A stretch of 64,000 nt of DNA from Paraspadella gotoi. Taxonomy: Eukaryota; Animalia; Chaetognatha. The translations under genes and the position numbers were made by a program. The stretch is taken from NCBI GenBank assembly GCA_051294375.1, contig CM119265.1, positions 8,254,772 through 8,318,771 of the forward strand. The letters are read 5' to 3'. Position 1 is the stretch's first letter. Every line of letters starts with the position of its first letter. Under the pieces are notes generated by a model. The model saw only the letters and a list, made by a program, of their open reading frames with translations. It was not told the DNA's origin and did no database searches. Positions 11,307 through 22,100 of this stretch are shown here, one piece after another.

Positions 11307-11911
11307 AATTTTAGTTTGTAAAGTTTATTATGGTTCTTATACTCAACAACGGGGCTATCTAAATAATTTCTCGAATCTCCCTAGGGTGGAGTGATGAAAG
11401 TATTAAGCGAGTTAATATTTTTTTTGCTGCCTTCGTATAGGTAAATAATAGGAGAGCAAATTGTATTTTCTTTGTAGTAATATCCTTATAAATTTGTAAA
11501 ATTTCAAAATGATTTTTAAAAGAAATGAAGGTTTAAGAGGGAAAAAGAGAAAGAAATAATAGATAATACATTGAAGCAATATACAACAAAATTAAATGTT
11601 AATCATTGAAATTTATCCACAATTAACTAATAAATAAAATTAATAGTTTGAAAAATAAAATGAGTTAAATTGATTTACAAAGCGATTTACAATAATGAAA
11701 ATCTAAGAATTTATATAGTTAATCAAAATCTAAAATATTTTTATATTATTTGCAGTCAACAGTTTACGATTTTGTCTTCATTTTAAGAGGGTGTTTGATG
11801 TAACTAGATTGGTATCCTTGGTTTAATCCTTTCTTTTCGTGTTGTTTTTAGAGATTACAAGTAATTTTATTGAATTTGTGAACAACGATTTTATTTTACA
11901 TAGCATAGGCA

Positions 11912-11946
11912 GACATGTTTCGACTCACAATTCGAGTCTTCATCAG
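11912..11946 (-). ncRNA. Minimal type I hammerhead ribozyme motif (left arm)
   Basis: Exact reverse complement of the motif at 12592-12626. Confidence 0.65.
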
Positions 11947-12591
11947 CGAGACCAAAAGAGTGGTCAGAGATGAGGACAGGTTAAGTTCAAGACAGATGTA
12001 ATTTAGTTTGTGAAAAGAAATGAAGTTTTAAGAGAGGGAGAGAGAGAGAAAAAAATAGTAGATAATACATATAGGCCATGTACAACAAAGTTAAATATTA
12101 ATTAAACTAAAGTTTTTGAAATTTATAAACAACTAATAAATAAAATAAATAGTTTAAAAAATAAAATTAGTGAGATTAAAATTTGGAGAATGAAAAAGGA
12201 TAGCTAAGCAAAAGAAATAATAAAATTAAGAGTGAAGAAAAAGCTCAAACATCAGGAGCTGTCTATTGGGCAACCTGTGCTGGGATAAGCAACCAGCCTT
12301 GCACAGCAGCATACTCTTTTGTTTAGCTATCCCTTTCCATTCTCCAAATTTCAATCTCACTAATTTCATTTTTCAAACTATTTATTTTATTTATTAGTTA
12401 ATTGTTGATAAATTTCAAAAACTTTAGTTTAATTAACATTTAACTTTGTTGTACATGGCCTAAATGTATTATCTACTATTTTTTTCTCTCTCTCTCTCCC
12501 TCTCTTAAAACTTCATTTCTTTTCACAAACTAAATTACATCTGTCTTGAACTTAACCTGTCCTCATCTCTGACCACTCTCTTTTGGTCTCG

Positions 12592-12626
12592 CTGATGAAG
12601 ACTCGAATTGTGAGTCGAAACATGTC
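12592..12626 (+). ncRNA. Minimal type I hammerhead ribozyme motif (right arm)
   Basis: CTGATGA-A-GACTC-GAATTGT-GAGTC-GAAA-CATG-TC: intact core, perfect 5-bp stem II, and a 1-bp stem III with palindromic CATG loop. Stem I pairing is weak. Confidence 0.65.
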
Positions 12627-13498
12627 TGCCTCTGCTATGTAAAAAAAAATTGTTGTTCACAAATTCAATAAAATTACTTGTAATCTCTAAAAACAACGAA
12701 AAGAAAGGATAAAACCAAGGATACCGATCTAGTTACATCAAATACCCTCTTAAAATGAAGACAAAATCGTAAAATGTTGACTGCAAAATAATATAAAATA
12801 TTTTAGATTTTGATTAACTAATAATAAATTCTTAGATTTTCATTATTGTAAATCGCTTTACCCCCTGAAATTGTAATTTTTTTTTTTGCTACATCCACCA
12901 GAGGTTTTAATGTTTTTTCTGAAACAAAGAACAGTCCCATTAAATTTCTTTAGGTTTTGACCTTATTCAATCAGAGGGCTCTACAAACAAGAAAGCCTTT
13001 TGTAAGACAAAGGAACATTCAAAATAAACTTCATCTGCACCCACTAGATCTTCACTTGCACCTGCTCTTCAACAAAATATCAATTGTTTCTTTAAAATTT
13101 TTATGTATTATTTTTATGTATAGGCGCAGCCACTGGTTATTATTATTATTACTTTATAACGAGGGGGTATCTTCCATTAAGATACAAACTTTAAAATGTA
13201 ATTTAATGTAAATTAGGGACAGGGAGTCTTTTAAAAATAATGTTTTTTTAATTCGTTGAAATTGGTTTCTTGAACTTTCTGTGACTCCATATCGATAGAG
13301 GGCCGATGAGTTGACGCCGCCATATCTTAACGTGTGTTCGTAGAGTTAATATTTAGGTACAAATTACTTGGACTGTAACTAAAGAAAACAAGTTTCAATT
13401 GTTTCAATATCTTTTGAAACAAAGCATGAAAACAAATTTAAAGACTAAATTTCTAACGAGCACTAACACTAACAACAATCGCAAATATAACCAGAGAG

Positions 13499-15719
13499 TC
13501 AGGAAACCCAGTTGCGTTCAAACTCTTCCATTTCGTCTTCGCACAAATCCCCGTCTCCAAAAGACGCCGGAGAGTCGTAATCGTCGTCTTCGAAGTCCGA
13601 TTCAAAGTCGTCATAACGCGCAACCATGTTTTGGTCCTGACGAAGGGAGAAAATGGAGCCATCGAACCATAAGAATTTCCATGGTTTCGTGGCGTCGGAA
13701 TCGACGGCATGAGAGATCTCTGAACCTCCGGCTTTAATATCGAGCGGGGCCTCGCGGCGGCGTTTGTTTATCGGTACCGGTTCGGATCCGATGCCAAACC
13801 AACGCCATACGAACTTGTCAGTCACACCATAATCGCCGCTAATATCGAGATAATTCAAGGCGGGGCACCCGGCCACGACCTTAATGAGTTTATCATCGTC
13901 GATGCCCGGCGTCGCCGTCAAAACCAGCGTCTCCAGCTCGGGATAAACCACGGGAAAATAAAAATCATCCGGTAACCGTATGTAACCGAGATTGAGATAT
14001 TGCAATCTCGGAAGTTTGCCAATGCAACTCTCGGAAAAAAAATGAGTGTTATTGAGTGAATAACAGCACGATAGGTTGAGACGCTTTAGCATGACGCAGT
14101 GGTCGAGGATTTGGCGCAGGATCTGTGCGTCGACGCAACGGTTCTGGGAGAGGTCCAGGTCATTTAATTCGGTATCCGCGTTGAAGAGGGGCGCCAACGA
14201 AACTTCCGGTATCATGTTCATCTGGCTGAGTTTTAGGACGCGGAGGTGGCAGAGCCTCGACAGGTGTAAAAAACCGTCGACGCTTAGGCCAACGCAGTTG
14301 GACAGGTTGACCACTTTAAGATCAGGACACTTCTCGACGATTTTCTTGACGCTGTCATCCTTGAGTTTGTTACATCGCTCGAGATTAAGTTCGACTAATT
14401 TTTCGTTCGCCAAATGAAAAAAGTTGCCGACGATTCTAGAACAGCCGCGCAGGTCGAGAGACTCGAGCTCGCGGCAATCCTTGAGGAAGTACCAGGCCGC
14501 CTTTTCCTGTAAATCGAGACCATCCCTAATAATCAGACGCTTCAAGCCTTTGCATCCACCGCTTATGTGACGAATGGCGTCAAGAGTCATCTGAGCACCA
14601 CTGGGAGAAAATAAAAAACCTAAAATACTAAGTCGTGAGTAAAGAAAACTGAAATCAAACTAGGATTCACCTTATATCCAACTTCTCTAACTTGGGACAC
14701 AAGTCTCCGATGGCCTTTAATGCGTGATGTCTCAATCCGCTCCTCGAGATGTCGAGATGCCGCAGACCCGTCTTGTTCGTCTTCCAACCTCTCATCCTTT
14801 TGAGAAGGCCGACGAAGGTGAAATCGTTGATAGCAGATCCGAAAGAGTAAAAAGCTGGGAAATCGGGCAAAACGAAGGAAGTAAGCAAGGACCAAGAGTC
14901 TCGCGAGAGGCGTCGCCAGCGTTGGCAGACTCGCTCGAGACGAACTCGTTCGCGAAGGTCGAGCAGAGAAAAGACGCGAAGGAGGACGAGGTCTGGCAAG
15001 AAGTCCCCGGGAGACGGAGCAGAGTCTTCGCCGTCGTCGGAATCCTCCAATTTAAGACCCTCCAATGACGAACCCTCCGCCACGTCGTCAGCGATTCCCT
15101 CACTCAACGCCTTTATCTTATCAAAACCACGCGCAATCTCGACGCGCGCCTGACGCCCGCGTAAGACGAGGTCCTCGTCGGCTGCCGCAAGCGCCGCCTT
15201 CACGCCGGCTTCGTCCTCGAAAACGACGAAGCCGAAGCCTTTGGAGAGGCAGCGTCGCCCGAAAACGCCGGGTTTGCGGATTATCTGGCCACTTTTGACG
15301 CGACCGAATTTGGAGAAGAATTCCTCGAGTTCTTCCTCGTTGACGTCGTAGTCGAGGCGAGAAACGTAAACGCGATTCTCTTTACCGCCTCGGAGTCGGT
15401 TGATGCCGACGTCACGGCCGTCGCTGCGGAAGCGGCGTGGGTAGGCCCCGAGGGAACGGTTTCGACCACCGCGGGCTCCACCGCGTGGGGGCCGCGCGTC
15501 TCCCCATGAGTCCTGGGCGTCCGGAACGGCATCTGGGGGGGCATCCTTGGTGGCGTCGGGAGCAACACCAGCGTCAAGAGCAGCGTCGGTAGCAACCCCG
15601 GTGTCAGGAGCTGCGTCTGGAGCAATATGGGGTGAAATTTTGGGGCCGCTATCATTATTTTCAGCTCCCTCGGCGAAACACAACGCGGCTCCACCCAGCG
15701 CTCCTGATTGACAACTCAT
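13499..15719 (-). CDS. RRM + F-box + leucine-rich-repeat protein (2 exons)
   Basis: RGG segment, RNP2 (VYVSRL), RNP1 (KGFGFVVF), F-box (LPDLVLLRVFSLLDLRERVRLERVCQRW), about 10 cysteine-containing LRRs and an acidic tail; intron ~14602-14670. Confidence 0.9.
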
Positions 15720-15925
15720 TTGTGCGAACTGCAGCTTAGGAAAAGAGACAGAACTGATTCAATTAAATGACAACAGCGAATCGTGTAAGAAGCAAAACAC
15801 GAAATTGAAACGAAACGATGATTTATTTTAATCTAAATGAAAAACTGTTAGGTATCGAATAAAAAATAAACTGAGATGGCGGTGCGAGATGGCAGCAACG
15901 ATAAAAGGGCAAAGGGCAACGCGTG

Positions 15926-17469
15926 TCAATCTTGTTGCAGGAAAGGATTGGGAATGGTTTCCATGCCGTCTGCGGGGCAGATGAGGACGACCGATGTTCC
16001 GCGACAAACGACCAGGCCCAAGTTTCGAGTCTCGTCCGTCAACTTGAAGGGATCATCCGGGTCTCGGATATACTCGGTCGTCCCGTCCAGCACCTTCCAA
16101 GGAATAGTTACGTGTAAAAACAAAAATGGTTTAATATGAAGATTTCATTAAAAAAAATCTTAAAAGCATAATATAAGGATCGTCGCAATCGAATAGAAAA
16201 ATCTGGATTGACAAATTTTGATACTAAAAAAAATCAAATTTGAGAAAAGAAAATTAATTTATAAACAGAAAGAAAAATTATATTTTGCGTTAAAGTTAAA
16301 AAAATTTAATTATCAAAATCTTAAAAGAATAAGGATCGTCGCAATAGCATAAGAAAAATCTGGATTGACGACAAATTTTGATATTAAAAAAAAGAAAATT
16401 TGAGAAAAGAAAATTAAATTATAAACAAAGAAAAATTCTATTTTTCGATTGTCAATAAAAAAAATAATAAAGTACGGAAGAAAATTAAACTTACAGTTTC
16501 TGAAAAAAAAGCAAAATGATAACATGCATGAATGCGATGCCTAATTTTACGAGTTCAATCCTAATTGAATTTTTTTTTTTTAATAAAAACGCAGAAAGAG
16601 AGAGAGAGAGAGAAAAGAGAGAGAAAAGAAAGAAATCAAAAGGCAGTAGCAGAAGCAGCAGGAGAAAAGAGAGAAAAAAAAAGAGCCACTGCAGAGCCAG
16701 CTGCAGGCTCGTTTTTTTCCCTATGATTATGAATCCGTGACTAGGGAAAAGAGAGAGGGAGAGAGACATGTAATTAAAAGAGAAAAGAGAGAGAGAAAGA
16801 AATATGAAAATAAAAGAGAAAATTTGTTTGTTTTGATAAAACGTAAACAAAACATATTTAATAACTGTCCAGACTCAATTTTAAGCACATCGATGATGAG
16901 AAGCTGTATATAAATTTTCAGCTTCATACACCCAAATTTAATCATAAAAAAGGCGATCTATAATTTGGAACGCCGACGACAACGACGACGACGCCACTTA
17001 TGGGCAAAAGCGATACAATATCGTCGCAAACGCTTAGCGATTGCGACGATAAAAAGGCCATCGATATGTTGGAACGCCGACGACGACAACGACGTGAAAA
17101 TTGTGTGAAATTTGTGGACTCGAGCTCGATAGATCCAATCGAGCTAGGCACATGCGACGACAGCATTAAGAGTGAGGCAGTCCCTCGTAGGACGAACGCC
17201 TGTCAAGTGAAGTCAAGACGACGACTACGCCACTTATGCGCAAAAGCGTTACGAGATCGTCGCAAACGCACCCTCACGGCTCAACTCACCAAATTGAGAA
17301 GAGGGTCGAACCCCTTCAACACCCCAGAGGATTCTCTTCCGCCGGAGAATTTGACACGGATGGTTTTGTCTAAGTATTTGGAGAGATCGAGGATCGATTC
17401 TTTTTTTTTCTTTTCTCCGCCTCCGCCACCCTCGCGGGGCTTTTTGTTGTCCTCGTTGGCTCCGGACAT
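15926..17469 (-). CDS. LSM7: U6 snRNA-associated Sm-like protein LSm7 (2 exons)
   Basis: KKKKESILDLSKYLDKTIRVKFSGGRESSGVLKGFDPLLNL | VLDGTTEYIRDPDDPFKLTDETRNLGLVVCRGTSVVLICPADGMETIPNPF. Confidence 0.97.
16155..16440 (+). repeat. Dispersed repeat family A, two tandem copies in the LSM7 intron
   Basis: TAAGGATCGTCGCAAT...AAAAATCTGGA...AAATTTTGATA...AAATTTGA; also at ~29580-29680 and, split, at 49870/50435-50500. Confidence 0.7.
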
Positions 17470-17922
17470 TGTTCAAAGTTTCGGTGGAGTCCGATCGCGG
17501 TTTAAATTAAGCTTTCGGTCGCTCTGGGACAATTTGATGTAAAGCAAAAAATCAAACAATTCACTTTGGTTTTCGTTATCATAATGACGACGCAAAAATT
17601 CCCAAAAATAGAAATATGTAGAACAATACATATATATAGACTTTGGTCTTTTCTTGAAACGAACGCTGTCATGGTGAAACATGAACGATACAAAATATTT
17701 TTCCCGTGGAAGATTTGAAGCTTTACATTCTGCAGTAAGTCACTTTAAATTTTAACTTTTAGTGCTTAAATCCGATTATACACAGTCCTTCGACAAAAGT
17801 CGATAAATGGAATAAATCAAGCTAAAATTGGGAACATAATTTTAATAAAACTGCATTATGTATTAATTTAAGAGCCGAGGGGGGAATTCAATCAAAGACT
17901 TAGTATTCTAAAAGTTATATAC

Positions 17923-18220
17923 GTGCGGAGTACAATATAGTATTCCCCGATCTAATACTTAAGGGAGTGGTCTTTTCATACAATTGAAACATTCTTTGAA
18001 ATATTATACCACTTCATTGATAGGGAAGCCAGGTTCACTGGGAGTGAATAAATAAGACTGTGAGAGAGTCTTGATTGAAAGCTTGCAGAAACCTGCTATG
18101 TTATTATCTTGTAAGTGTGATGGAGGCCTTAAACCACCAAAGCCTGTCCAAAGTCAGGGACAAGATAGCTTATTTATTAAATGAATGGATAATTTTTATA
18201 TTGGTTGTACCAATTTCATA
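17923..18220. mobile_element. Longest copy of repeat family B (non-autonomous, terminal hairpin; Helitron/Helentron-like)
   Basis: One end is the hairpin GTGCGGAGTAC-AATATA-GTATTCCCCG, shared with 4505-4531; the other end is fixed at ...GTACCAATTTCATA. Confidence 0.65.
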
Positions 18221-19124
18221 CAATCATTTGTAAGCTAAAATCACAATTATGATTAACATAGCCGAGTCTACAGTTTTAGGGTAGAAAAAGTAATTGTAAC
18301 TATCGTGTCTTCATATTCCGTGCTCATATTTACGACGATAAAATTCAAGAACCCTGCACTTGCACGGTTTCTAAAAATTTTGAGAAAATTCGATGACTAG
18401 TCGAAGTGGGATGATTCTTTACAGGACTCAAAAGAAGCGTATTTAAAAAGAAATAATTTAAATCAAAGTAACAAATATTACTAAAGGTAAAAAACATAAT
18501 GGTCGAGACCTCAACATAAACCTATCTCCCTTTCGCAAGGGCATCATTTTAAAAACATTTATAAAAAATACTGCAGTGATAAAAAAATTTAATGAACTTG
18601 AGATCCATGTGTTAATGTTTTGATTGTAAGACGAGATACTGTCGATTTTAAATCCAAAGACAATACCATTAGCGCTGGGACTTATACCGAATTCGAAAAA
18701 ATCATATACGGCTGGAGCCTCAATAAGAAATAAATAAAAATAAAGTTTTGAATGAGTGATTGGGTTTTTTCGTTTTGTATTTTTTTCTCACCAAAATCCA
18801 TTGACTGCGTGCTTCAAAAACTACAACTAAAAATAAGCAATTTCGCTATTATAAATCAACTTTTAAAAAAAAAAGCGGAATCTGAAAGAAGTCCTACACG
18901 GAAAAACCTCAAAAAAAAAAAATTACGTCCAATTTCCCTCAAAACTGAAAGAAAAGCCTTGAGGCGGCGAAAACCAAAAGGTCGAAAAATCTCTCAACAA
19001 CTAAGACTAAAAGAGACAATGTAAAGCAGACGAGGACGATATAGTTGAGGCGGGAAGGGTCCGGTGGTTGTTGTTGTCGTTGGAGTCGCGGCCGGCACGC
19101 GTCAATGGATTCGGTGACGCATCG

Positions 19125-22100
19125 TCATTTGGAGACGAGGCCTTTAGCTTTGGGGAAAGCGTCGTTCGACGCTTTGGAACTTCTCGTCTTGGAGGATTTG
19201 GAGCGAGATCCGGAAGATTTGCTCTCCCTCCTGAAGACGTCGGGGATCGTCTCCGAATCGAGAGAGGTCTTCGACTTTCGACCTGACAATGCGAAACTCA
19301 TGATCAAATCAAGGGACAAAACCAATCTCAAAAAGCAGGGTTCTCTCACCGCCGAAAGAATCACCGACACCGGTGAGCTCGAGGTCGCCCTCGTCGTCGT
19401 CTTCTTGCAGAGCGGCGTCGAGCGCGGCTTGAACCCGAGGCGCCACCGTCGGGCCCTCCCACTCTCTCGTCGTCCGGCCAGGCATGTCGAGCTCCAACTG
19501 AATATAATTTTTTTTTTTCTGACTTCGACGTTCAGTTAGCATAGGACCTTAATAACTCACCTGCAGAATATTTTCCCCCTTGTAGCGAGGGTTTCCGCCC
19601 CGAGCCGCCATTTTGGCGTATTCGGAAGTGGGTCGGCGATGCCCGGCGGCGGAGACTGGTCGCTTCAAAACCCCATCACCACCGGCGGCACCGAGCTCCC
19701 CAGCCGCCTGTTCATTGATTTCTTTTAACTTCCAATTGTCGTCGTCCTCGTCGAAAAAAGCGCGCTTCATTACCTGATCGGAGATCGGAAACAATGCTAG
19801 TCGTTAAAAAGAAAAAAAATACTTTTTGGATACATACTCAATAAGGCGGGTTAAATTCGATCCCTTTTTATCATTAGAAGTTTTGTCATATAAAATTAAT
19901 TTGTCCATCATATACTTAATCAATATTTACTATCACTTTCATAACTAGTGAAGCACAGTATAACATTGAAGTATTTATAAATGCATAGGCAATGAAATAA
20001 ATTTTTTGCAAAAATTTATTTTTTTAAGAACGGATTCAGATAGCCCATAAAAAGTTGTCTACACAAAGTATAATGCGTTTTTCAATATTTCGATGATAAA
20101 TGGGTCAAATAAGGGAAAAACCCTTAAAAATCATCATCATCATACCATAATTTTTATAGTTTTTGCTAATTTTAACCAATAAAACATAAAAATTTGGAAT
20201 TCTTATTATAATATTTTTTTATTCATTTTTGCAAGCTCTACCCGAATCCGTTTTTAAAAATTCTGAATTTGAAATATAAGCTTTTGTCTTGATATCGAGT
20301 ACACATATGGCTACTCCCCCTTCGGTAAGCCATTGCTCTACGACCAATTTTGGGACATCAGAACTTATTGTAAAAAGATGCTTCAGCCAGATTTGAACCT
20401 GAAACCTTTTCGTAACGTTGAAATCCGGCGCGCTAAGCACTCGGCCAAATGATTTTCAAAAAAATTTTGTACAAATTAAATTATATAAAGCTGTAGGTTC
20501 GCTTTTAATTTTTTGGGGGAAACAAAAAATTCAACGTTCGAAGGCAGAGATTTCGACATCCGAGTCCCAAGTTTCCCGATTCGTGACGACGATTAATACG
20601 AAGAAACCGAATATCTGGCTTATTTTTAATGTTTGAAATTGAGGAAAAGTCAGTTGCTTCTTTAAGCCGCGACATTGAACATTTTCACCTTGCTTTTAAG
20701 GTGTTTTATTAAGTGTTTTTAACTAGTTGCTTATTGTATCAATATTAATAAATAGGCTAATGATTGAGAGAATGAAAGAATGAAATCGTTTCAAAAATGG
20801 AATAATCTAAGTTTTTGATTTGCATAAAAACAAGTTTGAGCAAACAATGTCGGATCTGCCTACAATAATTAAGCAGTAATTAGCTAATACGATGATAATT
20901 GTTGGTAATGTTTTCTGACTTTCAATTTGTGATCTTAACCAATCATAACATGTTGTAACATAAACAAGTTTGAGCAAACAATGTCGGATCTGCCAACGAT
21001 CATTATCGGTAATTAATTAATTAATAATTAAGTTAATTAATTAATTATTTTGATCCAAAATGTTTTTTTTGATTGATTAATTGACTGATTAATTAATTAT
21101 TGATTAATTAATTGACTTATTGATTAATTAACTGATTAATTATTTGATTAATTAATATATGTATTTATATTTAATAAAAAAGCATAATCAATTAGTGAAA
21201 CACGTTTTTTTGTTTTTTTCCATTTAAACTCATTTCCACTCAAACGATTCCATCGAAACTTGATTTCCAGTTTTAATCACACACTTTTCTACCCACATAC
21301 AAAATTTCAAGTTAATCTCCCCATCCACTCATGAGTAATTGGTGTTCAAATAGTGAAATATATTTTTTTTCCAGATCAGAAAAGAAAAACCAAAATTTAT
21401 ATTGAGGTTTTTGAATTTTTTTTTTAAATAACGAGATGGCCGAGTGGTTAAAAACTAAGACTTCGACGCAAAATGGAATGGTAGGATTCGAATCCCACTC
21501 GAGGTAATCTTTTACAATAAACTGCTATGTCCCAAAAGTGGTCGTAGAGCAATGGCTTACCGAAGGGGGAGTAGCCATATGAATACTCGATAACAAGACA
21601 AAAAGTATCTTTCAAATTATCATTTGTACTCGAGTTACAGAGCTTGCCGTCTCAGAAGTTCTAGACGGATGCTACTGTACAACCAATATAAAAATTATCC
21701 ATTCATTTAATAAATAAGCTATCTTGCCCCTGACTTTGGACAGGCTTTGGTGGTTTAAGGCCTCCATCACTCTTACAAAATAATTACATAGCAGGTCCCT
21801 ACAAGCTTTCAATCAAGACTCTCACACAGTCCCGTTTATTCACTCCCAGAGTACCTGGCTTCCCTATCAATGAAGTGGACAGTGAAGATTTTTTTTTTTA
21901 ATATCGTTATCCCACAGGGATGCTCTAACGTTATTTATATGACAGAACTCTTAGTTTTTACCTTGTTCCGCCTTAATACTCAAGCGAAGACTACGCTTAC
22001 TTTGGCCTTTTCCTCGGGTGGAATGAAATTTTCGATGATTAAAACTTTGAGCTTTAATTCCCGCGTCAACTCCATCTGCGTTTGTTCCAATTCTTGTCGC

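Larger units (their letters stand above)
11679..12859. mobile_element. Large foldback element: two ~540-bp inverted arms, each with a minimal hammerhead motif (Penelope-like inverted pLTR arrangement)
   Basis: 11679-~12215 and ~12312-12859 are near-perfect reverse complements with a ~95-bp spacer; a more diverged partial arm copy lies at ~11518-11670. Confidence 0.85.

Noticed and set aside
21431-21504. Functional tRNA-Ser gene
   Set aside because: The anticodon and acceptor stems do not pair; kept only as a relic.
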